Notes: a model not told the origin generated them from the letters alone. A stretch of 64,000 nucleotides of DNA from Syntrophorhabdaceae bacterium (GCA_963665295.1 OY762209.1:1440001-1504000); one strand, 5' to 3'. Shown: positions 28,418 to 40,200, numbered from the stretch's first letter. Made by a program: numbers and translations.

Positions 28418-28813
28418 TCACGGACCCGGATCGCGGGCCGCGTCGGAGCCTTTTGCGTACTCCGCCATTCCCTGGAAATCCACGAGCACCACGGGTTCGT
28501 CGCCCACCACCCACGCGTCATGTCCCATGGGCAGCAGGGACACGTCGCCGGGCCTGCACTCCATTTCCGTCCCGTCGTCCATGAGGACCTTCAAAACGCC
28601 CGCCACGTGATACTGGAGATGAGGGGCTTCGCAGCTTTTCGTCCCGGCCGAGGGCTTGACGGATATGGACCATTGCCATCCCGGCTCCAGGGTGGCCCGC
28701 CCTACCACCACGCCGCCTATAATGATGATCTCGAGTTTCCCTTTCGGGAAGAACCTTATTTCATCCGACTCGCTGAAGCTCCTGAGTTCCGGTTTCCCGG
28801 GTGCCTTTTCCAT
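28418..28813 (-). CDS. Cupin-domain protein
   Basis: LEPGWQWS...SCEAPH...GHDAWVVGDEP. Confidence 0.85.
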   Translation of the reverse strand: MEKAPGKPELRSFSESDEIRFFPKGKLEIIIIGGVVVGRATLEPGWQWSISVKPSAGTKSCEAPHLQYHVAGVLKVLMDDGTEMECRPGDVSLLPMGHDAWVVGDEPVVLVDFQGMAEYAKGSDAARDPGP

Positions 28814-28964
28814 GAGGCGCCCTCCTTGTGACTGAGATGAACAGGCCTCCAAACCCCTTGTGCCGGAGGCCGGGCCGTTTTGAGGGAATATAAGGCCGGG
28901 ATGGGAAGCCGGGAAGTACTGTGACGCAATTTTTTTGGGAAAAGGAAAATGCGGGGCGGGACCG

Positions 28965-29702
28965 CTACCACAACCTGTCGCTCACGATCCTCAGGCCCAT
29001 GCCGAAGAAGGTGGGCATCTGTTCACTTCCGAAGAACCCCCCGCCTATGGTCATGTCTATCTGGAGGTTGTCGGTCACGATCTGACGGAAGCCCGCCTGG
29101 TACGCACCGCCGGTCTTGCCCGCATAGGGGTCGTTGTAAAACATTTCAAGCACCCCGTGGAGCCCGCCTATAAGGCGGATCTGCGTTCCCAGGCCCCAGG
29201 TCCCTACCGCGGCGGGGTTCGTGGTGGAGACGCCGATATTCGCGTGGACCAGGACCGCCTCCTTGTCGAAGAGGGATTCGGTGAAGGCGAGATAGACGAA
29301 CTCGCTCCACGTCTGCTGCTTGAAATCGCCCTTGCCCCATGGAGGCAAGGCCCCCACGGCAACCGCCATGCCGGGGTAGGCGTTCGGTTTGGCGTCCCAG
29401 AAGAGGTACTTGAACTGCATGAGGGGGCCGACTATGGAATAGCTCCTGTTCGACTCCATTTCGAGGGGGAAACCATGGGAAAAGCCGAGGGTGACCTCGG
29501 AATTCTCCGTGGGACCGAAGGCAACGAGGTTGAGGTTCGTAAACTCGTCCTTATCGTAGCGCACCGACGTTTCGAGTTGCATAAGATGGTATCCCACCAC
29601 GCGGGCGTCATCGGTGACAAAGGGACGGACCGCGAAGGCGGGACCGGAAAAAACCAGGCACGCCATGAGGCACGCCATTGCGGAGACTATGAAGCGGCTC
29701 AT
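28965..29702 (-). CDS. Putative outer-membrane beta-barrel protein
   Basis: Signal peptide (AFA), RPFVTDDARVV, amphipathic beta pattern, C-terminal Trp. Confidence 0.6.
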   Translation of the reverse strand: MSRFIVSAMACLMACLVFSGPAFAVRPFVTDDARVVGYHLMQLETSVRYDKDEFTNLNLVAFGPTENSEVTLGFSHGFPLEMESNRSYSIVGPLMQFKYLFWDAKPNAYPGMAVAVGALPPWGKGDFKQQTWSEFVYLAFTESLFDKEAVLVHANIGVSTTNPAAVGTWGLGTQIRLIGGLHGVLEMFYNDPYAGKTGGAYQAGFRQIVTDNLQIDMTIGGGFFGSEQMPTFFGMGLRIVSDRLW

Positions 29703-29775
29703 GGCGTGCCCCCAGAGGGCGGCGGCGGTCACCCGCGGTCGTAATAGGACGGTAGATTTAGTCGGCACCGGCGCG

Positions 29776-30906
29776 TCACCTTCCTTTGATCACCACGTGC
29801 CCGAAGCCTCCGGAGCCCTCGTTCCGGGCCCATGTGGCGGGGTCGGAATCGATCACCGTGTATCTCCCGGCAGGGAGCGTGAGGTTGCCCCGCACTTCCC
29901 AGTATACCCCGTTGTTTACCGCTACGGACCAGGGACCGTAAAGGACGCCGTTCTCGGAACGAATGGCGATGGTTCCTCCCGGTGCGCCCCTGCCGTGGTT
30001 CCAATGGTAGGTCATAATATAGGTGATAGTGGTTGGCTGATTAAGGGTGAAACCGGGTGAAACGCCGCCGTTGGAAACGCCGTTATCGTTTACGGTAGAG
30101 AATATGATCCGCTCGGGAGTTGTTGGGGCTGTGTTATACGGAGTCCCACCGGTTGCGACTCCCCCGGCCCCTCCGGCCGTGGCGCGAGGGGTCCCGGTAG
30201 CTGCGGCCCCTCCGGGCCCGCCGGTTGTGGTGTAAGGAGCCCCACCGGTTGGCGCTCCCCCGGTCGCACCGGTTGCGGCCCCGGTCCGGCCCGCCTGTTG
30301 AGGCGCGTTTCCCGGTACCCAAACATAAGGTATACTCACGGCAAAACCGCCGCTGTAGTTCGTGGGAAACCCGATGCGTAAAGTTGCGGCTCCCCCGCTG
30401 TTATCCGTTGCAGGGGCCTTCGCCCGGGACGAAGTGTTGGTCAATGTCCTCGATTCCCCTGCCCTTGTTGCCGTTATGTCTTCTCCTTTAATGACATACG
30501 CGGGCCCTCCGACACCATTCCACATGCACGTGGGGGTTTCGAACTTGCTGGGCCATTGCGTCCGTTCATAACCGACGTGGGTAACCGCGCTTTTCACGGT
30601 GAGGTTGATGATCTCGCCGGGAAGTACCTGTGCGGGAGGTCCCCAGTCGGAGCGGAAGGTCATGGTGTTAAATCCCCCGCCCACCATGCCGGACTTGGTT
30701 ATCACCACATGTCTGGAATCGTATTCGACGATCTCGATATTCGTGCCTTGAGCATTCCATGTTCGCGACCCGTCATTGTTGCCGAAAGTAACCGTGGGTT
30801 CCCCCTGTATCTTCCAGTATCCGGCCTGCGCCGGTGAGGCAACGAGCAATGCGGAAACCAAAAAGACAGTGAGGAACAGAACCGCTCCTGCGTAGCGTCT
30901 TGCCAT
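29776..30906 (-). CDS. Secreted two-domain protein with Gly/Ala/Thr linker
   Basis: Signal peptide ending AQA; low-complexity linker; beta-rich C-terminal domain (TYHWN...DSDPATW). Confidence 0.75.
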   Translation of the reverse strand: MARRYAGAVLFLTVFLVSALLVASPAQAGYWKIQGEPTVTFGNNDGSRTWNAQGTNIEIVEYDSRHVVITKSGMVGGGFNTMTFRSDWGPPAQVLPGEIINLTVKSAVTHVGYERTQWPSKFETPTCMWNGVGGPAYVIKGEDITATRAGESRTLTNTSSRAKAPATDNSGGAATLRIGFPTNYSGGFAVSIPYVWVPGNAPQQAGRTGAATGATGGAPTGGAPYTTTGGPGGAAATGTPRATAGGAGGVATGGTPYNTAPTTPERIIFSTVNDNGVSNGGVSPGFTLNQPTTITYIMTYHWNHGRGAPGGTIAIRSENGVLYGPWSVAVNNGVYWEVRGNLTLPAGRYTVIDSDPATWARNEGSGGFGHVVIKGR

Positions 30907-31152
30907 CTTGCGCCCTCCGAACCTTTTCTTGATTGAAACATGCTTTCCGGAACAGGGACATATGACCCATATCCACCCGCGAGTATAGCACGCAAAATCG
31001 TTACCGGTCAATGAAAGGAACCTTCGAGGCGCATGGGGCGGGGTCCGGGGGATTGACCTTTCTCCATGGCGGGATTAGATTAGTGAAGGCCGGGTGCGGC
31101 TTTATAAGGGTAAGACTTTCACGGTCCCCGACAAACGAAAGGAGATGTGGGA

Positions 31153-31458
31153 ATGAAGGATGTTATAGGAATTGCCTGGTTCAAGGATGAGCTTACGTAT
31201 GGGAAAGCGCTTGCCATGTTTATGGATTCCAAGGATATGCCCGCCTCGTATGACGCATGGCGAGCCATTGTCGGAAGGCAATGTGCGGAGATCAAGGCCG
31301 CGGGCAATATCGCACTTCGCGTGGACATCGAGCCGGAAGCGTTTGCCGATTGGTGCAGGGTGCAGGGATTCAAACCCGATGCCGTGGCAAGGACGTCTTT
31401 CGTCAACCATGTCGAGATCGAGTACCAGAAGACCGGCAAAGGAACCATCATCGAATAG
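31153..31458 (+). CDS. Small hypothetical protein
   Basis: AAGGAG RBS; globular-looking sequence GIAWFKDE...PASYDAW...FADWC. Confidence 0.7.
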   Translation: MKDVIGIAWFKDELTYGKALAMFMDSKDMPASYDAWRAIVGRQCAEIKAAGNIALRVDIEPEAFADWCRVQGFKPDAVARTSFVNHVEIEYQKTGKGTIIE

Positions 31459-31585
31459 GCCGGGACGGGACTCCCGCCAATGAAAGAGGGCCTGGAGCGT
31501 AAGTCTGCGGGATCAGGCCCGTGAACCCCGTGCTTTCAGGGCATAAGGTCTCCTTGCCGATGGCTGGGAGTCCTTCCGATCTTCC

Positions 31586-34231
31586 CTACTTCTTAAACTT
31601 CACCGTCACGTTCCGGGCCTTGTTCATGGTGACGCTGCAGGTGGTCCCGGTACAATCGGAGACGGACCAGCTCAAGACGGATGATCCACTGTCCGGTGTC
31701 GCGGTGAGAGTCACCTGGGTGCCGTAGGGTATGGAGGAGGCCTTGCAGTGCCCTTTGGAGCCGGGGGCGCAGTCTATGCCCCACGTGCTGTTCGTCACCG
31801 TGCCCGTGCCCTTGTTCACCGATGAGTTCGTCACCTTGAGGGTCTCGGGGCCTATGAACGTTGCTTTCACCGTCTGGTTCGCAGTTATGGCGACGGTGCA
31901 GGTAGTCCCGGCGCATGACGGTATGGACCAGCCGTTAAAATAGGAAAGAGCACCCGGATTCGCGGTGAGGGTCACGGATGAGCCCTTCGCATATGAGCGG
32001 GAACAGTTGGCGCCGCAGTCTATGGAACCGTCCGAACTTACAATCTCCCCATCCCCGTTATTCTGTTTCGTCTTGCTCACGGTGAGCTTCACCGGGTTCT
32101 GGAGGGCAAAGGTAGCGGCCACCGTCTTCGTCTTGTCCATGGTTACGTTACAGGTGTCGGCAGACGTGGAAGCGCACCCGGACCAGGATTTTAAGATGGA
32201 GCCGGAGGAGGGGGCCGCGGTGAGCGTGACGGTTGTGCTCTGTGCAAACGGGGCGGAGCAGGCATGCCCGCAGTCGATGCCGTCGAGGTCGCTCAAGACC
32301 GTTCCCGTGCCGTTACCGGTTTTGGACACGGCGAGGGCGAACGTCCTCGGCTCCACAATGGATTGACGAATGCCTCCACTTCCTCCCACCGCCACAAAGG
32401 ATCCGGCGCCGTACCCGACGCCTGCGCCGAGAGACGCCGATTTTCTCAGAGTCCACCTCGTTCCGTCGGCGGAGCTAAGGGTTGTGTAGTTACCCACCGC
32501 CACAAAGGTGTTGCCGCCGAAGGCGACACCGCTGTAATATCCTGATGCGGTATAAGTCCAGGTCACCCCGTCCGGAGAACTGAAGACGCCGGAAAAACCG
32601 ACGGCTACGAATAAGCCGTTGCCGTACGTGATTGCAGAGGGCTGGAATAGTCCTGCAACGTTGCTCACTGTCCAGTTCAGCCCATCGGGAGAAGTGAAAG
32701 TTTGACCGGCTCCTATAACCACGAACATGTCATTGCCATAGGCGACCCCCAAGAGCATCGTTGTTGCCCTGGAGTTTCCGACAGTCCATTGTATCCCGTC
32801 AGGAGAGGTAATCAGCGTGCCCTGGGGGCTCACTGCCACAAACCTGTTTTTGCCCCACGCAACCCCCCGTAGCGAACCCGATAACCCTGACGTTCTTCTT
32901 GTCCACCTTGTCTTGTCAGTGGATGTAAAGATTAAGGCATGTTCGTCACTTTCCGACACGCATTCAGAACCCACGGCTACAAAAATGCCGGCGCCGAAAG
33001 CGATGTCCTGGAAGGAAAAATGTCGTCCCAAATCCTTCGTGGTCCAGGTTACCCAATCTGTAGAAGTGACAATTGCTCCCTCTTCGCCTACGGCCACGAA
33101 CATATCGTTGCCGTAGGCGACTCGGGAAAGGTTCTTGCGTGTCCCCGAGGTCCTTCGACGCCACTGTTTTCCATTGGAAGAGGTCAGGATACCGCCACTG
33201 TCGGCCCATATCTCTCCCACCGCTACGAACGTGCCGTTCCCGTAACCTGTGCCGTAGACGTTGCCAAGCATGCTTCCAACGTTGTCCGAAACGTCCGTCC
33301 ATTCTACCCCGTCAGGGGAGGAGGAGGCAATATAGTTCCCAACGGCCACAAAAGTGCCGTTGCCGTAAGTGACCGCATAAAAAGGGTTATGATTATTCGA
33401 ATATGTGAGGGTCCAATCGGAGCCGTCGGGCGAGGCAAAAACAAGACGATTTGTAACGACCAGAAAAATACCGTTGCCGTAGACCACCCCCGCGGCGCAA
33501 TACCCATCGGGGCAATTAACGGTTCCTAAGTCTTCCTGGGTCCATGTCAGACCATCCGAGGAAGTGAAAACCTTGCAGGAGCCGGCATTCGTTCCCGCCG
33601 CAACAAAGGTGTTCCCGCCGTAAGCAATACTCGAAAGGTGGTACCACGGACGCTCCCTTGCCGTCCATGTTATCCCGTCGGGAGAGGTAGCGTACTTATT
33701 CGCAAAAGCTGTAAATCCCACTGCCACGAAGAGTCCGCTGCCGTAGGCAACCCCGGTAAGCCAATCGGATAGACCGGATTCCCTTGGCGTCCATGTCACC
33801 GCGTCCGGGGAAGTTACAATAGTGCCGTCCTCTCCCACCGCCACGAAAGCGCCGTTTCCGTAAGCGACGGCATGCAGGTCCGCAACCATCCCCGAAGTCC
33901 TCTGGGTCCAGGCCACTCCGTCCGGGGAGGTGAGGATGGCGCCGTCCTCTCCCACCGCCACGAAGGTGCTATTGCCATAAGCGACCGCCAAAAGCTTGCC
34001 TCCTGTGGGTAAAGGATTTCTCCACACCCAATTATCGAGAGGATCGAGAGAGGCCGTGCCGTCATCATGGTCATACCGAATTTGGGTTTTTCCCGGCTCG
34101 GTGCTGCTATCGTCGGGTCGCTCGACACTCTTGCCGGCATAGTCCGCCGAATGAGCAACGATACCCGTTGTCATGGAAAACAGGAACAGGGCGAAAAAGA
34201 GTTGCAGGGAGACCTTCATACACGTCGACAT
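31586..34231 (-). CDS. Secreted surface protein: beta-propeller-like repeats plus three Cys-containing InlB-B-like repeats
   Basis: About a dozen VAYGNGxFVAVG...SxDGxxWT repeats; C-terminal GTGTV..GIDCG..C..VTLTA.P...W..C....C.VTM repeats. Confidence 0.88.
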   Translation of the reverse strand: MSTCMKVSLQLFFALFLFSMTTGIVAHSADYAGKSVERPDDSSTEPGKTQIRYDHDDGTASLDPLDNWVWRNPLPTGGKLLAVAYGNSTFVAVGEDGAILTSPDGVAWTQRTSGMVADLHAVAYGNGAFVAVGEDGTIVTSPDAVTWTPRESGLSDWLTGVAYGSGLFVAVGFTAFANKYATSPDGITWTARERPWYHLSSIAYGGNTFVAAGTNAGSCKVFTSSDGLTWTQEDLGTVNCPDGYCAAGVVYGNGIFLVVTNRLVFASPDGSDWTLTYSNNHNPFYAVTYGNGTFVAVGNYIASSSPDGVEWTDVSDNVGSMLGNVYGTGYGNGTFVAVGEIWADSGGILTSSNGKQWRRRTSGTRKNLSRVAYGNDMFVAVGEEGAIVTSTDWVTWTTKDLGRHFSFQDIAFGAGIFVAVGSECVSESDEHALIFTSTDKTRWTRRTSGLSGSLRGVAWGKNRFVAVSPQGTLITSPDGIQWTVGNSRATTMLLGVAYGNDMFVVIGAGQTFTSPDGLNWTVSNVAGLFQPSAITYGNGLFVAVGFSGVFSSPDGVTWTYTASGYYSGVAFGGNTFVAVGNYTTLSSADGTRWTLRKSASLGAGVGYGAGSFVAVGGSGGIRQSIVEPRTFALAVSKTGNGTGTVLSDLDGIDCGHACSAPFAQSTTVTLTAAPSSGSILKSWSGCASTSADTCNVTMDKTKTVAATFALQNPVKLTVSKTKQNNGDGEIVSSDGSIDCGANCSRSYAKGSSVTLTANPGALSYFNGWSIPSCAGTTCTVAITANQTVKATFIGPETLKVTNSSVNKGTGTVTNSTWGIDCAPGSKGHCKASSIPYGTQVTLTATPDSGSSVLSWSVSDCTGTTCSVTMNKARNVTVKFKK

Positions 34232-34470
34232 GACCCCTCCTTCCATTTATTGTGATCTTCGATAGTCTGCATCCGACCGTAATCCGGGGTTGTGCTTCTC
34301 CTCCTCGTGACACGAGTCCCGAGTGGCTTGGGGCTTGTGACGTTGGCATGCAATATCCGACTAACATATCGAACCTCGTAAGTCAATATCTTTGGCCGGT
34401 TTCGCTCTATTTGCCCATGGCTTTGCTGCTGTGATATACCTATTGAAACAAGAAGAGGAGGCGGATATCA

Positions 34471-35229
34471 GTGGATTTTACATTCTATGGTGATTTGCTG
34501 GGCATCTCCGGCTATTACAGACTCAACCCTCATGTGGCAAAGGATAAATTGAACCTCTTTTACGACATTACCTTTGAAAGCCTGTCGGGATATTGCCGGC
34601 AAAACGATCATGCCACGGTCACCATGTTCAGCGACAGCCTGTTGTTCCATGGCGACGATATCTACGCTGCCCTGGAACAGTTGCATTCCGTCTATATAAG
34701 GCTGATCCACAAGGGACTGCTCTTGAGGGGCGCCATCGTAAAGGGAAAGCTTCAGTATGAACCCCGCCTCACCCTCGACAACTATGAAAAGAGGCTGCCC
34801 CAGGACGATACTCTCGCAAGGGTAATGGGCCTGGAAAGCACGACAAAGGGCGCGAGACTGTTGATCGAGAACCAACTCGCCGCCGAACTGCTTGATCAAT
34901 ACCCGGAATGGCTCACCCAGGAAGGTTACGTCATGAGTTTCAACAATACACACTATGCGAGCGTCCCGGACAGCAGCATACTGCGGAAGATATCACCAAC
35001 CCCGGGACAGGACACATATGAGTATCTGTATTTCTGGATTGACCGGGATCACAGGGCTTACCTGGGTTTGGACCGTGAAGTCAGGAGCAGGGATTTGGAG
35101 ATACTGAGGTCTATGACAAGCGAGTCCATCAGTGTTCACTATAAGGAAACAATAGAACTCCTGAAACGATGCAAAATCCGTCAAAAAGTCACTGAGGAAC
35201 GGTTGAACTGCAAATCCTCGCTCCAGTAA
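34471..35229 (+). CDS. Divergent class III nucleotide-cyclase-like protein
   Basis: GAGGAGG RBS with GTG start; YGDLLG, FSDS, LLRGAIVKG, DTLARVMGLES..KGARLLI follow the class III cyclase motif order. Confidence 0.55.
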   Translation: MDFTFYGDLLGISGYYRLNPHVAKDKLNLFYDITFESLSGYCRQNDHATVTMFSDSLLFHGDDIYAALEQLHSVYIRLIHKGLLLRGAIVKGKLQYEPRLTLDNYEKRLPQDDTLARVMGLESTTKGARLLIENQLAAELLDQYPEWLTQEGYVMSFNNTHYASVPDSSILRKISPTPGQDTYEYLYFWIDRDHRAYLGLDREVRSRDLEILRSMTSESISVHYKETIELLKRCKIRQKVTEERLNCKSSLQ

Positions 35230-35308
35230 TAACAAAGGACCCTCCTGCTTCCCCGCGGCGCCCGTCCTTTTGCGGGGACAGGCCGCCGTGAAAAAGCCGG
35301 CAGGCCCT

Positions 35309-36121
35309 TTACGGGTTCACCGGCACCCAGGCTTTGTGACCGGGCACCCATATTCCCCTTACCCATTGGCCGGGCACCTGCACCCATTCGCCGGGAGGTG
35401 CCTCCTGACCGGGGTCGGGCACGGAACTGTCCGAAACGGCCGGACTGTCGGAGACAGCGGGACCCGTTGTCGCGGACGGGTCAGGGTAAGCGAGGGGAGG
35501 AGAGGCCCCTGAGTCGACGAGAGAATCTCCCGGGGTGACGACCGCCGCCGCCCCCCAGTCACCGTAATAGCCATAGGGCACGGTATAGGGGTAATACGCG
35601 GGCCCCCACCAGTAGGCGCTCGACCAGAATGGATAATAAGGCCACCAGGAGTAGTAGGGCCACCAGGGATAAGAACGCCAGAACGGGCGGTACGGCCTCC
35701 AGTATGATCCATATCCGCGCCAGTACGGCCTGTATCCTGAGTAATACGGCCGATAGCCCTGATTGTACGGCCGATAGCCTGAGTAACCCGGCCGGTAGCC
35801 GGGCCGATAGGAGTTGTACCCGGGATTGTGAGGCCGGTACCCCGAATAGCCGGGGCGATAACCTGAATAGCCGGGGCGAAAGCTTCCGGACCCGCCATGC
35901 ATGCCGCCATAGCCCGAATAGCCTCCGTGGTAGCCTCCGGTATGACCGCCGTGGTAACCGCCTCCACCGCTGTAACCGCCGCCGCCCCTTGACCCACCGC
36001 CGTGACCGCCTCCTCCGCCATGACCTCCCCCTCCTCCGCCGCCACGGGCGTAGCTCGCGGAAGGCAGGATGAGGAATGCCGAGAGGGCGATGACCATACC
36101 GATAAACATATACTTCTTCAT
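35309..36121 (-). CDS. Secreted Gly/Tyr/Arg-rich low-complexity protein
   Basis: Signal peptide, poly-Gly, repeated YRPxY units, C-terminal WVxVPGxW / WVPGH. Confidence 0.8.
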   Translation of the reverse strand: MKKYMFIGMVIALSAFLILPSASYARGGGGGGGHGGGGGHGGGSRGGGGYSGGGGYHGGHTGGYHGGYSGYGGMHGGSGSFRPGYSGYRPGYSGYRPHNPGYNSYRPGYRPGYSGYRPYNQGYRPYYSGYRPYWRGYGSYWRPYRPFWRSYPWWPYYSWWPYYPFWSSAYWWGPAYYPYTVPYGYYGDWGAAAVVTPGDSLVDSGASPPLAYPDPSATTGPAVSDSPAVSDSSVPDPGQEAPPGEWVQVPGQWVRGIWVPGHKAWVPVNP

Positions 36122-36370
36122 ATCAATGTCCTTGAAGGATAGTTATTATTCCCCTTCACCGTCTTCTATTCTAGCAAAATCCGTGCCTTCCGGTCAAATA
36201 TCGCAAGTTTGCGGAATATGGGAAAATTAGCCGCCACGACAGGGACCGGGAGGGGAGTTCCAGGCAATGAATGTCGAAACAGGGAGTTTCCTACGACAAA
36301 ATTGTCATGTCGCCTTCACGGGACTCGAAGGATGGCGGCGAGACGACCGGAATCTTCGGGGAGCGTGAAT

Positions 36371-36925
36371 CTAGTTTTGACCCGGGATGGCCTCTTCCAC
36401 CCTTCTTACGAACTCATCGAGGGAAGAATTGAGCAATGCCTGCCAGCGGGTCGCGGGGAGACCCGCGAACCCGACGGTCCGGTAAGACTGGATATGGTGA
36501 CGGACAGGGCCTACTTCCGCGTAACCCACGGTGGTGAGCATTTCATCGGACCCGACAAACCCGTATTTCGCGACCCTCAAATCCGTAATTACCACATTGA
36601 GGGTGTTCCTCGCCACATATGTGCGTATTACCGTATTCCGGCATAACCTGGACCTCAGTACCTCGCTCACAGGGGGGGATATGTTGTAGTTGGTGTCGCT
36701 CCCCGTGATGAGGCCCGGGTCGGCCCTCTGGTCGGTGACCGTTACGGGGCAATCGACGGGCACCGGCGCATAATAGGGACTCATGTCCACATTGACGCTG
36801 GTGCAGCCGAAAAAGAGGAGGACCAGCGAAGCCGCCGCGAGATTCCTGAGAGGGGCGTACCTTTTCGGGACAACCGTTTCCGGTGTGTCGCTGCTGGAAT
36901 GGCGGGAATATGGCATAATATACAA
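36371..36925 (-). CDS. Putative lipoprotein
   Basis: Lipobox-like LFFGC after a hydrophobic stretch; true start probably downstream of the ORF-track start. Confidence 0.6.
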   Translation of the reverse strand: MYIMPYSRHSSSDTPETVVPKRYAPLRNLAAASLVLLFFGCTSVNVDMSPYYAPVPVDCPVTVTDQRADPGLITGSDTNYNISPPVSEVLRSRLCRNTVIRTYVARNTLNVVITDLRVAKYGFVGSDEMLTTVGYAEVGPVRHHIQSYRTVGFAGLPATRWQALLNSSLDEFVRRVEEAIPGQN

Positions 36926-37232
36926 ACCTTTTTATCACAATGCAGCTGTCGAGGGCAAGAGTTTCTTCGCGGAAACCGCATGTCTCCCGGCACGGGCCGG
37001 CGACCCCCGCGTGTCCCCCGGGGGTCGGATTCGCAGGAAGAGGAAAAATAGGTTGACAATTTTTATCCTTCAGTTATTATTTTCTCCGGGATACGGGTTG
37101 AGACCCTTAATTTTCCGCCCCTTTTGACCGATAATAGAAGGGGGAATCAGTTTCTACAGCTTTCCCTTGCGTATGGCTTCGGGTACAATGCAGGGAAATA
37201 GCGTCTTCTTCAGATCCGAAGGGAGGGTCGTC

Positions 37233-40200
37233 ATGAGAAAAAAGATAGTCTTGAGCCTCGCCTGTTATATGTTCGCCATTCTTCTTGCCTGTGCCTCTTT
37301 TGCAGGCGCCACCATCCTCGTGGTCTCGCCCCACCCGGATGACGACCTGCTTGCCGCCTCGGGTGTGACCCGCCAGGCAGTGGAAAAGGGGGAGCGGGTA
37401 ATCGTGGTTTACGTGACCAACGGCGACATAAATGGTGCTCAGACCGGCTACCAGAGGCAGGCGGAAGCGGTGCAGGGGCAGGCATTCCTGTCGAACGCTG
37501 AGGACAACCTCATTTTTCTCGGGTATCCGGACGCGTATCTTGCGACCCTGTATTCGAACTATCCGGGAAAGAAAGACCAGTTCAAGACACCCCTCGGACA
37601 GTCGGTCACTTACGGCAGCCGGGGTTTGGGCCGTTCGGACTATCACTTTTACAAGTTCGGTTCCCGGGCCGCTTACAACCTGTACAACATGGTCATGGAC
37701 CTGACCCGGATCATCACGGATTACACACCCGACCACATAATCGCACCGAGCCAATTCGATCAGCATGCGGACCATTCCACCACCGCCGCGTTGGTGGGGC
37801 TCGCGGTGACGGCCGCACGGGGGAAGTTGAAGTCTTACTCCCCCACGGTGCACAAGTATGGGATTCACTGGGACAACTGGCCGGAGCCGATGGACCCCGC
37901 GCGCTACTTTACCGAACCCCCGGGACTTGTGAATACCCCGCTCCTCTGGAGCGCGAGGGAGAGTATCGATGTTCCTTCCGCCATGCAGTCCCTCAACCCC
38001 CAGGAAAACTCCAAGTACGTCGCAATCTCCGCCCATGCGACCCAGGGCGGGGCTTCGGGGTGGCTCGGCCGCTTCGTGCACAAGGATGAGGTCTTCTGGA
38101 TCGACACCACCCTGGGAGGCACGAATCATGCGCCCGTAGTGAATGCGGGCCCGGACCAGACAGTGAAACAGGGGGTCCAGGTCACCCTTGACGGCTCGGG
38201 AAGCAAGGACCCCGAAGGTAATACGGTCAAATTTATGTGGACTCAGATTGCGGGCGCCACGGTGAACCTATCGGACCCGACTGCGGCAAAACCCGTATTT
38301 TCCACCCCTACCGGCCTTGTGGCGGGCGATCGGCTGGTCTTCCAATTGGTCGCGAGCGACGGTCAGGCCCAGAGCCTCCGTGATCTCGTGACCGTGGTGG
38401 TGCAGCCCCCCGCGTGTAACAATATCGCCCCCAAAGCCACGGTCATGGCGTCATCGGAAACCCCGGGGACCGGCCAGACCGCGGTGAAAGCCGTGGACGG
38501 CGTGATAGACGGGTATCCCGGAGACTATACCCGGGAGTGGGCTACGGCAGGCCAGCGGAGCGGCGCATGGATCAACCTTACATGGGACGGCCCGTACACG
38601 GTGAACCGGGTAATCCTTTATGACAGGCCGGGTTTGAACGACCAGATTATCGCAGGGACCCTTACCTTCAGCGACGGCACCACCCTCGCGGTGGGGCCTC
38701 TCAACAACGCGGGGTCGGCAACGGATTACATATTCTCCGCAAAGACGATTACGAGTCTCACCCTCACCGTCAATCAGGTGGGAGGCTACACTCTCAACAC
38801 GGGTCTCGCGGAGATAGAGGTATGCGGCCTTGCCCCCGTCATATCAGGGGGGACGGCGTCCAACCGCGCCCCTCAGACGAATGCGGGGTCGGACCAGACA
38901 GTGAGCCAGGGCGCCATAGTCACCCTCGACGGTTCGGGGAGCAAGGACCCCGACGGCAACCCCATCACCTTCGCATGGAAGCAGATCTCGGGCACCACAG
39001 TGCAGCTGTCGAACCCCGCAGCGGTGAACCCCACGTTTACCGCCCCCGCCGGTTCCTCCCTGGACGAGAAACTGGTCTTCGAACTCGTGGCGGACGACGG
39101 GCAGCTCAGGAGCGCCGTGGATTCGGTAACGGTCACTGTGCAGCCTCCGGCAGCGGAATGTTCGAACATCGCAGGCCTTGCAAAGATAATCGCCTCCTCC
39201 GAGTCCCCCGAAGCAGGCCAGGTAGCGCCCAAGGTGGCGGACGGGGTGGTTGACGGGTGGCCCGGAGACTATACCCGCGAGTGGGCCAGTTACGGCCAGG
39301 GGAACGGCGCATGGCTCAACCTGACGTGGAGCGGTGTGTACGCGGTGAACCGGGTGATCCTCTATGACAGGCCGAACCTCGACGACCAGATCCTGGCGGG
39401 CACCATGAGTTTCAGCGACGGCACCAGCGTGGCCGTGGGCCCCCTCAACAACGCAGGGTCTGCCGTGGAATACCGCTTTTCCGATAAATACATTACGAGC
39501 CTTACCCTTGCGGTGAGTCAGGTGAGCGCCGCTACGTTAAACATAGGCCTTGCGGAGATAGAGGTCTGCGGGGTTCAGAATACAGGCGTCGATTATCCTC
39601 CCACGGCGAATGCGGGCTCGGACCAGTCAGTGAAACAGGGGACCCTCGTCACCCTCGACGCCTCGGGGAGCAGGGATCCTGAAGGCAAAGCCCTTTCCTA
39701 CGCCTGGACCCAGACCGGGGGCGCCGCGGTCCAATTGTCGAACCCTACCGCAATGAACCCCACTTTTACCGCTCCTTCGGACCTTCCCCAGGGCGACCGC
39801 CTCACCTTTCAACTGGTGGTGAACGACGGACAACTTCAGAGCGCCGCAGATTCGGCGACGGTGACCGTGGAGGCGACACCGACATGCTCGAACATCACCC
39901 CCCTTGCCATGGTGATGGCCTCCTCGGAAACGCCCGAGTACGGCCAGACCGCGGTCAAAGCGATCGACCTCGTCGTGGACGGCAGCCCGTACGATTATAC
40001 CCGCGAGTGGGTTACGGCGGGACAGGGCGCGGGCGCATGGATCTTCCTGATGTGGAACAAACCCTATAAGGTGAGCCGGGTGACCCTCTATGACAGGCTC
40101 AACACGAACGACCAGATCCTTGGAGGGGTGATAAACTTCAGCGACGGCACGAGCATCCAGGTCGGCCCCCTGAACAACAACGGGGAAGCGACGGAGTACG

